The notes below the pieces were generated by a model. That model worked only from the letters and a program-made list of their open reading frames with translations. It was not told the origin of the DNA and did no database searches. A program made the translations under genes and the position numbers. From assembly GCA_964572255.1 (NCBI GenBank), contig CAZNEE010000003.1:182539-246538 (forward strand): a stretch of 64,000 nucleotides of DNA. Direction: 5' to 3'. Positions within the stretch are counted from its first letter, which is position 1. Every line of letters starts with the position of its first letter. This document shows positions 34,001-49,000 of the stretch, in pieces. The DNA is from an uncultured Planctomycetia bacterium. GTDB taxonomy: Bacteria > Omnitrophota > Gorgyraeia > Tantalellales > Tantalellaceae.

Positions 34001-37000
34001 ACATAACGGCCATGAATTTTTTCATGTTCTTCTCTTCAAGCTGCATTATGTTTTCAATCGTAAATGCCTCGCCCGGCATTAAATCATTAAGGGCGATTTC
34101 AAGAGCTTCTCTTATGGTAAGCTGCCTGGATTCTTTCTTTGCTTCTTCCATTTTATCAAGCAGGCTCTGCATTCTTTCCTGAACCTGAGTGTCTGTAGTG
34201 TTCTTTATTACATACTTAATAAACACTGTATTATCTTCATCGACCTGATCAATCCTAATAGGCCTTGCATCCGTAAATCCGAGATCTGATAGAGAGATCT
34301 CTCTTGCCAGTAAAGGATCGATTGCTGATAGGGCTCCGTAGAGAGCTAGCGCTTTATTTAATAAGTCCATCACTGCTTCTCTGGTGGCTTCTTTGCCGAC
34401 AACAAATTGCCCTGTCAGACGTCTTACATTAATTAGGTCAGTTAAAAGAACCAGATTTATAAATAGAGGTGAGCCAACTTTAATATTGAAATTCCTGGCC
34501 GTCTGTATAAGATCATAAATCGTTAGTCTCTCGTATTCTTTTTCCGTCATCTTCTCTTTTAATGCACTGGCAGCAGCGGAAAGATTTTCCATCTCTTGAA
34601 CACTTAGAGAATCAACCTCGGCTCCCATCTCATCCACTTCTTTAGTTCTTAATCCATCTTCGCGCTGTACTCTTCCATCTTCAGTGATTGTTTCTTTTCC
34701 TTCAATAAGTGAACTTGCCAGGTCAGCTTTTAGTTTTGAAGCTGCCTCTACCAAAAGCTCTGTATCGACATTATAGTCCGTTGCCACTTTAACTACAGAA
34801 GCAAACGTTCTCTTATCTTCAGGCATTGCTTCAAGTTTCTGTAATGCTAAGAGTAAGGGTTTGCTGGAATCTAGAACTGAATTATATGTAATATTTGCTG
34901 ATACACCGCTGTAAGCTTTACCAAATATCTTACCCATTAACATTAACATGCTTCCTGCTATAGCTACATACCAGCTGCTTGTAAGTACCGATGCTGCTAT
35001 CATAAGTTTCGTCACATTGGATTGCGAGAACTTACTTAGAGGTCCTAAGTATTTCTTAAATTTTGAACCTTTAGATTGAACGCCTTTAAATCTATCCATG
35101 GCCTTTGATGATAGAAGCATTGAAGCTAAGATAGCTCCCTTATATAATGTTATAGTAATACCTACATAAGGAGCTAACGCAATTACTCCGGCTACTGCCC
35201 CCGCCTTAATAATCAATCTTCTAAATGGCGTATCTTTTGCCCATGCATCTTTAATGCTATCTATTCTGTCTCCTACAACAAGCTTTACCCTCTCAGTTAT
35301 CGCATCGGCGATAGTTCTTCTTGCGTTCATGTTCTTCAAGGCAAGAGTTGTAGATTCGTCAATCATTCCCATAGTCTTAAGCTCATCCGGCGTAAGGCCT
35401 GTCAATTTAACTAAATTAAGTCCCTTGAGCAGCTTTTCAATAAATACGCCTCTTAAGCTATCTGTCTTTAATCCGCCTCGTTCAATAATATCTGCTGCTT
35501 TTACATCTATCTGATTCGCAAGCTCGGCAGCTTCAGTGAGGATGCTTTCCCTTGCGTCTTTTGCTTCTGTAAGATCTGCCGCTTTTCTTAAGGTAGCTAC
35601 TGCCGGCAGCTTGTTAGCATCTCCTGCTTTTGCAAGACCGACAAGTATTAGCTCTTCCGCGGATTCACCGCGCTTATCACGCAATAGATGGCCTATTCTT
35701 GATATCAGTAAACGGGTGTGGTCTCCTATGGCCTCTCCTTTATCAAGTTCCTGGGCGGCATTATACGCTTTTACTGCATAGCGTAAATCGCCATTCGATA
35801 AAATTGTATTTAGCGTGTAAAGTGCAAAGGCCTTTTCGAATTCTCCGTTAGCAACAGCTGCTTCAGCAAGTTCTGAATAATGCGTAATATCACGTGCTGC
35901 AAAATCCACTACAATGTCAAAAACTTCGCTGGCTGCAATAAACTCACCGTCCGATCTGCGCCACCTCTGCAAGCGAGCATCAAAATCTTTTAGACCCATT
36001 ACTTCAGCTGGTATCATAAGCGCGACCATCAGTTGGCTCATGGCTTTTTGTGTTTCTTCTGCGGTTCTGTCAAATGAGAAGAACCTCTTTATTGCATTCA
36101 TTATCTTCATCCACGGCGAATAAAGCGCGAATATTTCATCAGGCTTATATAGACCGTTCCTTTCCATTAACTTGTATAATAGATCCGCATTTAGCCCGGC
36201 TTCACCAAATATAACTGAACCGTAATTACTCATATTGACAAGATTGTTATTGTACAGATTTAGAAGTGTCTTGAACTCGCTATCTTTCATCAGTGCTTCA
36301 TATTTATGCGGGTTAGTTACTTTTAATAAGCTCAATCCAGCCGGATCAGATATAAGTTCGAGATGCCTCAATGCTCTTCTTTCCGCTTCACTGATTTTGG
36401 CTGCGCTGGTTATAACTTTCCTGCCATCCTGTGAAGTGGTAAGCTTAAATTCGTTGCCAAAGACAAAGAATGTACCGAAATCCCGAACCCTCATGTTTCT
36501 GGCAAATATCTCGTCGGCATCAGTAACGTCCAGTACATTACTGTTTGTTAAGTTGAGATGAGTAGCCGCTATTACCCTGGCTTCGGATTCACTAAACATA
36601 AAAGTAGTATTATGAGCTAAAGACGCAACCATAATCTTGCCTTTTTCTGGAGCAAATTCAGCTATCATCTTTTCTGCAGCCTGCTCGGCTTCCTCTTTAG
36701 TTACATCAGGCGGTATGAATACTATACTGCCAGGAACTTTACCCTTTGAATCCATTGTTGAGGTTATTGCTTTTGCGGCAGCTACAAGAGCGGATTTTTC
36801 TCCGGTTTCCGATCTTACTAGTGTTACTTCTCTTCCGGCTATATTAGCAGTGCCGATCACTTCTGTAGACTCTCTGACTTCACTAGTCTTAGATTGATTT
36901 ATAACAGCCTCAATATCAGCTTCCAGTTCCGCGGCCGCTTGCTGCATCTGGGCTAACTGAGGTGCGGCAGACTGAAGTTCAACGCCCATTCCTATGCCTA

Positions 37001-40000
37001 ATCCTCTGATAGCAGCACCCATTCTCTGGAAGATGTTAAGCCCCTTGACTTTCTCTTTCTGACCAAATATATCAACTGCCTGCATTCCTTCAAATCTCTC
37101 CGCTCTTCTAATAGCTTCTTCTTCTGATTTTTCAGTTGCCGCTTTTGCAAGTTCCGCTATCTCCGCATCTATGCTGCTAAGCAGCTCTTGTGCTTCTACA
37201 TTGTCTCTCTGGATCTCCTGTGCCTGCAGGACAAACCCTCTTGCCAATTCCAGGTCTTGTGACCTCATCTCTTGAGCTTTTTGTAATAGATCTTTAACTT
37301 CGGCCATATTCTCTTCATGCTGCTTGATCTGATACTGCACAAACTGGTTAAGGTTAAGTTCATTTATTCCCTGGAGTTCTCTGCCTTCAATAACAAGCAC
37401 TTCATTGACAATATTCGCACTTGCCTGCTCAAAGAAACCCTGCGCCTCTTTTATCTTATCGGATGAACTATCAAGGCTCTCGTAGAACTGCCCTTTAGCA
37501 TCAGCGCTTATCTCTTCTATCATGCGCTGCGTGAAGTAGCCCGTTAATATTTTTCCGAGGGCGACCTTTATCTCGTCAACTGTATTTTTCCTTATAACAG
37601 ATTCTATATTAGAAAGCTTGAGCTCTATTCCAAAGGTATCCTTTATGTCCCGTAAAATGCTCTGGAAGCCTGCACTTGTTACCTCTTCGGACATATACTT
37701 ATCAACCATCTGGCTTACTCTATGATCTAAGTACTCAGGTGTCCCGAGATCATAGCTTATACCGCTTCTTGAATCTATAAGACTTATGAGCCTGTTAGCA
37801 AGCTCAAATATAATGGTCTCTTCCCTGGCCTGATGCCTTATGCTTCTTACCTGCATATTAACTATGTTCTTTTGCGCCTGGGTAAATGCGGTCTTAAGTA
37901 CGTTCTTATCAGCTTCTGAAAGTTTTTCTCCTCTTTCAAGCATTTCCTGCGCCTGTTTGAGCAGATCTCCTCCCTTCAGGAACCCTCTCTTGAGGAATTC
38001 CATTTGCGCCTCAAGACATATCAAGTTAGTTGTGATACCGATTACGCCCTGACGTCCTGACCTTCCTCTGACCTGATCATCAACTCTTACTGAATCATAA
38101 AATCCCATGCTGACCTGCTGGAGACCCCATTCTCTGGCAGCCTTGGAAACTTTAATATCCGTTCCTCTTCCGCTAATAGGTGTTGATATGGTTATCATCC
38201 CTCCTAAGCCGGCCCTATCAACAATTACATCTTCTTCGCTTTCGTTCGAGGCATCAAGCATCTGAAAATACGGAACGCCTTTCTTCTCGTCAGTTCCTCT
38301 CATCTCAGTTTCAATGAGTTCCAAAGATTCTTTCGGTGAAAGTTTTTGTCCGTCAATTTCTCTCTTCGCAGTCGCAAGTAACTGAGCAAAATTTTCTTTT
38401 TGAAGTATTCCTTTAACTCTTAGAGCATCATTCACGCCAAGTGTATGGATAACTAAAGGCTTGCCTTCCCTCACAGCGTCATGAACAAGTTGCAATAGAA
38501 AAGCTGTTCTTTCAGCTTCCGTTAAGAAGTATTGCTCAGGCATATCCTCTCTGCGCATAATACTGTGCCTTGCAACCTTAAATATATTCATTCCATACAG
38601 CTCTCTCATCATACCCATCTCTGCCATGCTGGAAGCAATAGTTCCTGTCATACCTGATACATCGCCAAAAAGTGATATAAGGTCTTTTGCGGTTATCCTT
38701 GAAGTGGTCCTGCTCTTGCTTCTTATGCTTAAATCTTCTTTTGCTTCTATAAGCTGATGTAACTCACCCTGCAGTCTCTGGCCTGTTTGCGTTCTTCCGG
38801 TATCTTTACCTATAAGAAGTATCTGGTTTTCACGTTTAACATAATCACGGCCTTCAACATATGTATGCTGGGCTTGCAGGGCCTGTCTTACATAGTTAGT
38901 CCATTCCTCTCTAGCTTCTTTGTCCCATTTTTCTTTTGCTTCTTGTAAAACCTGATCAAGAACATCTCTATCCAATTCCTGTTTAGAGTAATTTCTTAGA
39001 CTGTTAAGCCCGCTAACCACAGCCTTCTGAAGCTTTTTCCTGCCTGCTTCAGTGAAACCAACCTCCTTGGTAACTTCGTTATACCAAGCATCATATTCGC
39101 CTTCTCTGTCTATTGCCTCGACAATATCTCCTGTTCGTTTCACACTAGAAGCATCTATCTCTGTCTCTTTACCTGTAAGTCTCATTGCGAACATGTTAAG
39201 ACTTGCAACATTAAAGTTCTCAAGAACTGCCCTTGCAGCACCTCTTAATCTGATCTGGTCATACATGTTCAGCGGTCCCGTGCGTCCTGACATGATAAAC
39301 TGTGTCTTAGCCTGGTCTATCAATAAGCTATCGACTTCATCAAGACAAGCGGACATTTTCTTAAGATGGTCGTAGTATCCCTCGCCCTGGAATATATATC
39401 GTTCACTTCTTCTTATGTCAGGCGTGTCTCTATCATGAAGAACATCAAATGCCCAAGTATCTATTGCTACATACGTAACATCTTTAGCATAGGCGGCTCT
39501 TCTTGCCTGATCCCTTTCTGCCTGAGTTGCTCCTTCCATATCGCGCTGCACAAGACCGACCTCTAAACCAAGTAAGTCCTGCAGAATAGGTACTGCTTCT
39601 TTTTCATAAGCCACTCTGGCGTAATAATCAGCCTGAACCGCAACTAATGATCCTGTACCTTCTATACCCTTTAGATATGCCCTTAAGACACCGACTATAG
39701 TTTTACCTTCACCTGTAGCAAGTTCCGCGATCCATCTTGAATTTCTTCTTGAGACTACAAGTGCCGCTTTTATTTGTTCGACATGCGGCGTGTATCCATT
39801 TTGTGCTAGTATAGCCATTGATGCGACAGCCAGCATTTCTCGCTTCATCCCGCGAGTAATGCGATCACGCTTACTCTTAAATTCTTTCGTTTTTTCCTTA
39901 CCTACTTCTTCGACTATTTCTTTTAACTTATCTTGAAGATTTGTGCCTACACTCACAGCTAGTAAAAGCTTTACTTCTTCGCTTGCCAAAGCCCTGATAT

Positions 40001-43000
40001 TTATCTCTCTTCCCAGAACAGCTATAATATTTTTAGAAAGATCGCTGGATAACTCGTTATATGAAGTCCTATTAGTTCTTACTCCTAAGATCCTCATGGC
40101 ATTAGCAAAATCTTTTTCACTGAGAGTTTTTATCCTATCAACGATCACATCTAAGTTAGTCCTACCCTCTGCAACCGTAGCTTCATAGTTTAATATAACA
40201 TTTTCCTCTACGCCTAGAAGCTGGGCAAGTCTCTTTCTCTGCATCTCACGCATTGATGTTTCCTTGACGGCATTACTTATTGCCACCATACCGGCTCTGT
40301 CACTAACTGCATCTTTAAGGTTATTTCTCTCTTCCTCGCTAAGTTGAGTCAGGAATTTATTGCCTATATTCATGGCATATTTATCTACAAGATTCATTGT
40401 AAGTCCTGCCATAAATGCATCTCTCGCACTGAAAAGCGCGATCGCTTGTGCTCTATCGGTAAGGTAATCTGTAATCCTCTGCAAGATACTTCCTGCTTTA
40501 AATCTGTCGGAAATAGCAGCAAGCTTCGTTCTTACAACTTCTGACCAGAAGGTTGCCCATCCGGCTTGAATCCTTCCCCTAACAGCTGCTTGTCTGGAAG
40601 TGATCCAATTTATCACGGCATTCCCTTTAAGAACTTTTACAGCATCTATGTCGGACGGCCTTAATCTTTCTACGCCTTCAATGTCCTGATTTATCTTCTC
40701 AACAGCTTCTTGTTCCTTAACCTGCTCTAACTTATAACCTTCATTAATATAATCTCTGAGCTGTTCTTTCTTCTTGATGGTTAAATCATTAATTCTTGTC
40801 AGAACACCGGTGCTGGCAGCAATAGTGGAAGTTTCTCTTGCTAATGTATAAAGCAAGTTTTGTCCGACTTCGTATTCAAATACGCCTTCTTCGATAAGGT
40901 CCTTCGTGATCCTTGATATTCTATCAACCGCCGCAGATCTTTCATTTAATACTTCAATAACCTGCCTTAAGTCAGCTCCCTCGAAAACCTGGATGCCTAA
41001 CAGCCGCATTGCCCTGACCATATTCTCAGCGGCTTTTTCATCAACAAAACTCTTTGTATCCACCGTCTTTCTGGCAACTTCTTGTGCGATAGCATCAACC
41101 GTAGTAAGCTTACTTATCGTATTTTCACTAATACCCATATCTTTTAATGCTTCGACTTGATCATTCGTAAGAACAGCCTTGCCGTCCACTGTCCTAATAG
41201 TCTCCTCAAGCATCTTCTTGACTGTTGCAGCAGCCATGGGAGCTACTCCATAAACCGAGAATATAGCAAGTTGTTCCGGGCCCATGGCAGGTAAAACCTC
41301 AGCAAGCGCTTGTATTGCCAATAATGAATCGGCATTTAAGCTCCTCAATAATATACTTGGTCTTGATGTGAGGACATCCTCCATAAGCGTATAATCCGAA
41401 GTTAAGGCCATGACCAGATCACCCATTGTCCTCATAAGCTCAGCTGATTCCATTCTGGCAAGCGCATCAACCTGATAATACTGCATAACCTGTCCGGCAA
41501 GGTTAAACTGTTCTCTGTTTTCTTCGGTTAGCTTAGCCAATACAGGATCGGTAACTTCAATGCCGAGCTCTCTGACAACTTGCATATTAGGCGCGCTTAT
41601 AATTAATGCATTTCTGAACAGGTTATTCATGTCCACCTTTACGCCAATAGCAGCGAAACCGGCACCTAATAAGTATTCGCCCAAATTATTGGCCAGCTGC
41701 AACTTTTCTTTAGCTGTAAGATTGCCAAAGTTATATGCTGACAGGTCTATATTTAAATCTCTGAGTTCTGATTCGATGGAACTTATATCTCCGTTGCTGT
41801 TTGCCAGTAATGATCCTATAACGATCCTATCAATATGGAATGCAACATCCTGTTCTCTTAAAGTACCTAAGTTCTGTATAAAAGCGCGGGCAATATCAGC
41901 TCTTGCATTTTGCTTTGTAGTGCTACCTAGGGATTCAAGTTCTGATTCTAATCCCTCTTTTTGATCGATCAGTCTTTCAGTATTTACTATATTCGCCGAT
42001 ATCTTCACATCCATCATCCAGCCTTCAACTATGCCGGCTCTTCTGTTGCTGATGAACTCACCAACGGTATGCTCTCTGTTCCTATCTACGAACTTGGCTT
42101 CCCTTTCTCTTATTTCCGCATCTAAGCTCGCTATCTTTGAACGATATTCAGAAAGTATCTCTGCGGAAACTTCTCTGACCGCGGCAGTTTTCTCAACACT
42201 ATTTATCACGTGATCGATGGTGGATTGTTTCCAACCAAGTGCCTCATTGAGCTGGTTCACGATAGCCCTTAGATCACGCGCATACTGGATAACTGCACCC
42301 AGAACTACCTGTGTAAAATTCCTGCCTATTCCCATATTGTTGGCGACCTCACGCATGATCAAAGTCTTGGCCGCATCAGTTGATTGTGAGACTGAACGTA
42401 ACAGAGCGGCTTCATTTTTCTGCATGCCGAGTGAAACAAGAATATCCATATGTTCACCCGTTATATTGCCGCCTGAGAGATTAATTATGATGGACCCGGC
42501 TTCCCTGCTAAGGTCTTGAGTTAAATTAGTGACTTCACCTATCTTCTTGGACACATTGTTCAATGCCAAGTAAGCTGTCCCGGAAGTTCCCTGCTGCTGA
42601 TCAAAGCTGTTAAGTCTGTCAACTATGTTTATAAAGCTCTGTGCGTCCGCCTTAGTCATTCCGATCTTCTCAAAGAGTTTTTCTCTTGCTGAAATATTAG
42701 CGGTATCAACCCGGGCCAATGAAAGAGCTGCCATCATGACCACATTGCCTTCATTTACAGAGCCTTCCGCCATTCTCTGGCCTATCTGCCTCAGGACAAG
42801 ATCGCCTACTTGAGCGTCCCGGCTGAACGCCTGATAAACTCCGAATATTCTAGGTGTAGAGTCTTTAGTGATGCCGAACTCTTTCAGGAGGTTAGCATTA
42901 AGCTCAGTGGCAAAAGCCTGCATGCCGAATGTTTCTATCATGGCACCGGCAAAAACTCCTCTTAAGGCTGACTCGTTAACAACAGGTTTTTGTGAAGCGT

Positions 43001-46000
43001 TGTCCAGAGTTATAAAATTAAATTCTCCTGTATTTCTCATGATGTTTGCCCCGGCTATTGTCAGTACCTCGTTTACATGTTCTCTAGACATATCACTGTT
43101 AACCAGAGCAAGAGCAAAGCCGGTTACTGTATTATCAATGCCCATCTCATCAAAGGTGTCGGCTATCTGTTGTGCCTCTTCTTTAGTTGAAGCCTGGCCT
43201 ATATGGCTTATTACAGCACCGCCAATTGCTTGACTTAACTGGACTCTTAGATCTTTAGCTGCGCTTGCTCCCAGCCGGCTAAGAAGTGCCTGACCCGCCT
43301 GAGATAGTACGCTTCCCATCTTTGACTTTTCCATATCCTTCAGAATACTTGTATCTGCATCCGTAAGGCCTAAGTCTTTGAGCATGGCCGCATCACCCAA
43401 TGATCCGCTCATCATCCTTGCGGCAAGATCGATCGTTCCAAATGTTGATGAGAAGTTTCCTTCTGAGATGACACCGTTTAGAGTAAGATATGATATAACA
43501 TCCAAGAGTTTCTGAGATTTACTGTCTTCCCCAATATCAGCTTCCGCCATCCTGCCGATCGCTTCAAAATCTTTGTTAGCTACTGCCGCGAGAATCGCTT
43601 TGTTCTGATTAGCAAAACCCTGTATCTGTGTTGCAGCTTCCAATAACCCTGCCTCTGAAAGCTGTTCCCTAACGTTTGCATCAGTAAGATCGCTCTTTGC
43701 AAGGTCATTTGTTAAGTCATTTAATTTTTCTTGAGTAACAAGCCCTGATTGTGCATCATGGATTATCCGTGGTGCATTTTCTCCGAAAGCCTGAATAAGC
43801 GCTTCTCTCTGCTGGGTGTTAGATAGATCAATATTGTCCACCGCGACTCCAAGAGCGCCTCTTACTAAGTCTCTCTTTATCGCGCTTAAGTTCACCCCGC
43901 CGTCAACATCGAAAAATTCGACCAAGATCTCGCGCAAATTTTCATCCGGTACCCAGAAAAGAAGTACATTGGCCAGTATCGGTTCTTTGATCGCCTCTTC
44001 CCAGAAACCGGATTTAGTCATTGCATCTCCTATTCCTTTACCGAATTTTCTGATCCATCCGCCGACTGTTTTACCAAAACTCAAGGTCCAGCTATAAACT
44101 CCGGTTGTTATGCTGCCGGTAAGAGCTGTAAGTCCTATTGATCTGCCAATCGCACCTAACAATTGGCCTGTATAAGCAGGAACTATTCCGAGGAAATTAA
44201 ACACGCCCATAAATATCATGTGGCCGGTAAATCTCTGTGCGGAAGTAAATATCTCTACTATTCCTGCAACACCTTCGCGCTGTTTCATGCTGTAGATCAT
44301 CATACCGATATCACGGCCTATGGTCCTTATAATGTTCCTGCTCTTTGTAATGCTCCACAAGGCTATAGTATCCGCACTTGCACCGCTAATTGGAAGTACT
44401 GTCGCAAAAGCATGCAAAGTAAACTGCAATGTAAAGGTAAGTCTTAAAAATTCACCCGCCATATGGGCCGGATGGAAACCCTTCATTGAGTGCATCAGAA
44501 CAGCTTTAAAACCTTTTACTGTTACTTGTTTCCCAAGTGCATCTGTGTAGCTTATCTTAAGCACAAAATCCCACCTGGAAGCTATGGCTTTAGCAGCCAT
44601 GGTTATGCCTCTTGCTATAACTCTTGTAAGCGCCCTGACAGGCCAGGTAACTACCTTCAAAATAGCCTGTCCCACGGTCCCCATAGCCTGCCACATAATC
44701 TGAACTCCGCTCCACCAGGCTTGTGCAAGAGGAACGATCGCATACTTCCAAGTTACAGTTGTTATTGCTTTGATAGCTGTTACCCACATTGCAATTTGTA
44801 TTTTCGCGCCTGTCCACATTAACTTCGCTATAAAGTTTATTCCGGTATATTTTCCAACCGCCATTAGAAACTTACCGACCGCTACAGCTGTATTAACTAC
44901 CGCTGTTCTAATAGCATAAAATGCACCTTGCTGGATCAGGTATTTTGCGGCCCATCTTTCAGCGGCTACTACGCCTATATTCTGCAAGACCCTGCCAATA
45001 CCTGAAGTGCCGGCTATAAAGACGATATCGGCCAGTAAACTTAATGCTCCTTTTATAATAGTATGTTTTTCAAAGAACACATTTAATTCTTCATAGGTTC
45101 TTGCCTCGGCAAAATATTGAACTGTTGCAACGGCAAGAGTAAATGCCGCGGCTGCGACTAATGTAAAAGCTGCCGCTGAAGACGAGATGATAGTACCTGC
45201 GCCGACTGAAAGGGTCATACCTAATATTGTTGCTGTAGCTGTTGCTGCTGATGTTGCCGCTGATGCCGCTACAGCTGCAGCAACTGCAATATAAGCGCCG
45301 ACAACTGCAAGAATAGCTACTACAACAACTGCTGCCTTGCCCAAGAAACCAGAATTCCAAGTATCACTTACAAACATCACGGTAGAATTAATTCCAACAT
45401 TATTCATATAGAACTTAAATGCTTCAGCGCCTGCATCGGTATGTTCAAGTATGCTGCTGCCATTGACCATATCGTAATGACTTGTTCTTGAAACATCGGC
45501 ATTAGCCGCGCCAAATATTGCGGTATTCCAGAATGTGTCGTGATAATCACCATGAAATAGTACAGTGTTGCGTCCGGTAACCATAGTTGATCCATGAGCG
45601 GCGCCAAGAGCATACACATTGCCTTTTTCTTCATTAAAATGCATATAAGCCCTTGCTACTCTGCCTGAGAGAGATTCCTGGCCGAATACCATGAGATGCG
45701 CAACATCTAAAAGATCGCCTTCAACATTATATTTTGCCATCATGCTGACTTCATAATCGTTCCAGATTATGTCATCCTCGAACATCGTTTCGACTCTTAT
45801 AAATGCTACTTCGCCCATGTTGCTCTGCGTATCAACAGCGCCTTCCTTGGCAGAAACTACAGCATTCATATTTCCTTCATTCATTCCGGTCGGAGTATAA
45901 AGAGTAAGGTTTACGACCGTATCATCCGCAAGATAACAATTTTCACCTATAGTACCTTGAGCTTCCAGCTTGTCCGTAAGCCGGTTGATTATGCTGTCGA

Positions 46001-49000
46001 CTTTGCCTTCAAGACCAAGTCCCCAGGCCTTATCTACTGCACCCCTCACTTCACCTTCTGACAGCCCGGTTATGCTTACCAGATCACTGACCATCTTATC
46101 TTCATTCTTAAATGCCGCAATCATTCCGCCAAGACCTGAACTTTTTACTTTATTGCCGTAATCTTCAAGCGCTCCTATCTCTCCGAACTTAACATATGTA
46201 TCAGCTATAACCTCTTTCTGTTTTTCATCCAGGTTGCCGTAATTGATCTTAGCTGATACATTGAAGGTATCCTTGAGCGAATGCGTGCCGGCCGGATTGA
46301 ACGTAACAACAAAGCCCTCAACGTTATCGATCCCTATACTATGCTCATCACTAATCTGATCCAAAAGTTCATCCATGGTACATGCTGAAACTTCACCTGC
46401 GCCGAAAATATCCATATTGGCGATAGCTACAACAACATTTGCTCCGACCTCACCGCCAACCGCGACATTAAAACCACAGCTTGCTTTGTAAGTAAAGTAC
46501 TCTTGTTTTTCGCCCCTGCTATCTATATACTGCTCCTTTTCCCCGAGACTGATGCTTATCCACCCTTTAACGTCGTCTTTACCCAGACCCACAAATTTAT
46601 CTCCCATCCCAAAATCGATCCTGGCATCGTAATCATTACTGGACCTTGAATATAATATCGAGACCTGATCGTCTTTACTTAAGATGCCCCCCTCCAATAA
46701 TGGAAAGAGATCCATGCTGCCGCCGTAGGATTTACCTTCAGAATCTGTATAATCTATGGCCAAGCTGGACCTGCCGATGCTTTCTACAGTCGTAAAACCT
46801 ACCAGGTGACCGTCTTCTCCCATCTTCAAGACAACTTTTGACTTATCGATGTTCATGCCTTCTCTGCCTAAAAGATCTGCCGCAAAGGACCTTCCGGTCC
46901 CCCCTTCAAATAATTCCGCAGTTAATTGAGAGAGGCTTTCTTCAACGCTTTCAGTGCTGGTAAGTTTTTCCGCTAGACTATTTACCGCTTCGTACTGTTC
47001 CTTGTTGCCGGGCGCAAAATAAGTCTCTTCATCTATCCCAAGTATATCCATTGCAACGCTGCTACGGATATAATAATCGCTCTCCGTAATTATGACCTCG
47101 CCTTTTTGAAGTTCGCCTTTACCATTAAAAGTAAATTCACCTTTTCTGCCGTTATATTCCCCTGTTAAACTGATCTTGGCATCATCGGTAGCTTCGAAGT
47201 CAGATAATACTTTCTTCAAAGTATCTTCAGTATAACTGCCGGATAACTGGGCAAAAGTCAGCAACTCGCCATCTTCAAAAACAAAATTGCCTTGCACGCC
47301 TTTATATTCACCTACGTACATATCCATCAACTTGCTGCCGGCCTCGTTAAGGAAGTGATATTCGCCTTTTTTCTCATCGCCGTAACCGATAAGTTTTCCA
47401 TCTTCAACTACACCTTTATATTCATTGGTTATTGTTCTTCCGTCTTCGGTCTTCTCTGCCACAACTACTGTAAATCCTACAACCTCTCCTTTTTCGCCCA
47501 ATGCCTTCTTGCCGGCGGCAACATCCGCTAGTGTAGCAGGACCTTTACCATCAAAGCTAAAGTTGTTTGTTCTTACGCTTATTTCTTTCTCTTCTGAAAC
47601 CTCATTCATAACCTTAGTATCAGTTCTTGAAATCATTGTAGAGCCTTCCGCCTTGATGCCTCTAAATTGAAACTCGCCTTCAGGATCCGGCATAAGCATT
47701 GCCAGCGAACCGTCTTCTTTCTGGAGGATAAAAGTGATTCTTTTGGTCGCTTTATCTTCATCTACATAGCCACTTCCTACTTCTTCCCCGTCAGCTGTTA
47801 ATGTGAACGTGTGTCTACCGATCGCAACGCCAAAGGAACCAAGGAGCTGTTCAAGGCCTTTGGCCGTCTCTTCGGTGAAGGCATCCCTATTGGCCAGTAT
47901 GTTTCCCGCAATAATATTTATATCAGATGACTTTCCTTTATAGACTGCCTTATCGTATATTTCGCCGAGTTCGGCTGCCTCTTCCTTGCCTTTACCCATC
48001 TCGACCTTGACCAAAGTGCCGTCCTTACCTTTAAATATCAGTTCATTCTTGGAGTCATAGAACTTATCGTTCGAAACCAGCATCATGGCCAGATTAAAAT
48101 CGGTTAATTCCGCCCATTTTTCACTGCTGGTCGTATCTCTTATAGCAGACCCTAAAGCTCCTACCCATTCTTTTGAAGTATTGTTAAGTCTTGAAACTAT
48201 CTTCTGGAACTGGCCTGCAAATAAGTTGTCTTTATCGCCAAATAAAGTATCCATGCTGACTACCATGAACGCAGCATTAAGCTTATTAAGTTCCCTGCCG
48301 GTAGCATGCTCTATCGCGCTGGCCATACTTTTAACCATATCCTCTGATAAGTTGTTTAATCTTGTTACTATTGACTTAAACTTATCGCCATTAAATGACA
48401 AGGCCTCTTTGCCCTCTACCATCTTGGAGATAAAGAAGCTGTCCATGCCTGCCATCATCACCGCTGCACTTACTACGCCTACCTTTTCGCCTGTTGCTTT
48501 CTCTATGGCGGATGCGAAAGATTTAGTGTTATCTGATGAAAGCATATTAAGTCTTTCTACTGTTGACTGGAACTCTGTTCCATTGAATGAATCTAATGCC
48601 TTTTCGCCTTTTACCGTCTTAAAGTTAAAGAAACTGTCCATGCCGGCCATCATAACTGCTGCGCCTATTGCACTCATCTCTTCGCCTGTTGCTGTCTTGA
48701 TGGCGGCTGCGAACGCTTTAGTATCATCTCCGGTCATCATGTTAAGTCTTGCTACAGTAGACTTAAACTCTGTTCCATTAAATGACAGGACTTCTTTGCC
48801 TTCTACCATCTCGGAGCTGAAGAAATCCTTAAGACCGGCCATCATTACTGCTGCGCTTATTGCACCCATCTCTTCGCCTGTTGCTGTCTTGATGGCGGCT
48901 GCGAATGCTTTAGTACTATCTTCAGTAATCACATTAAGTCTTGCTACTGTTGACTTAAATTGATCACCATTAAATGAATCTAATACTTTCTTGCCTTCTA

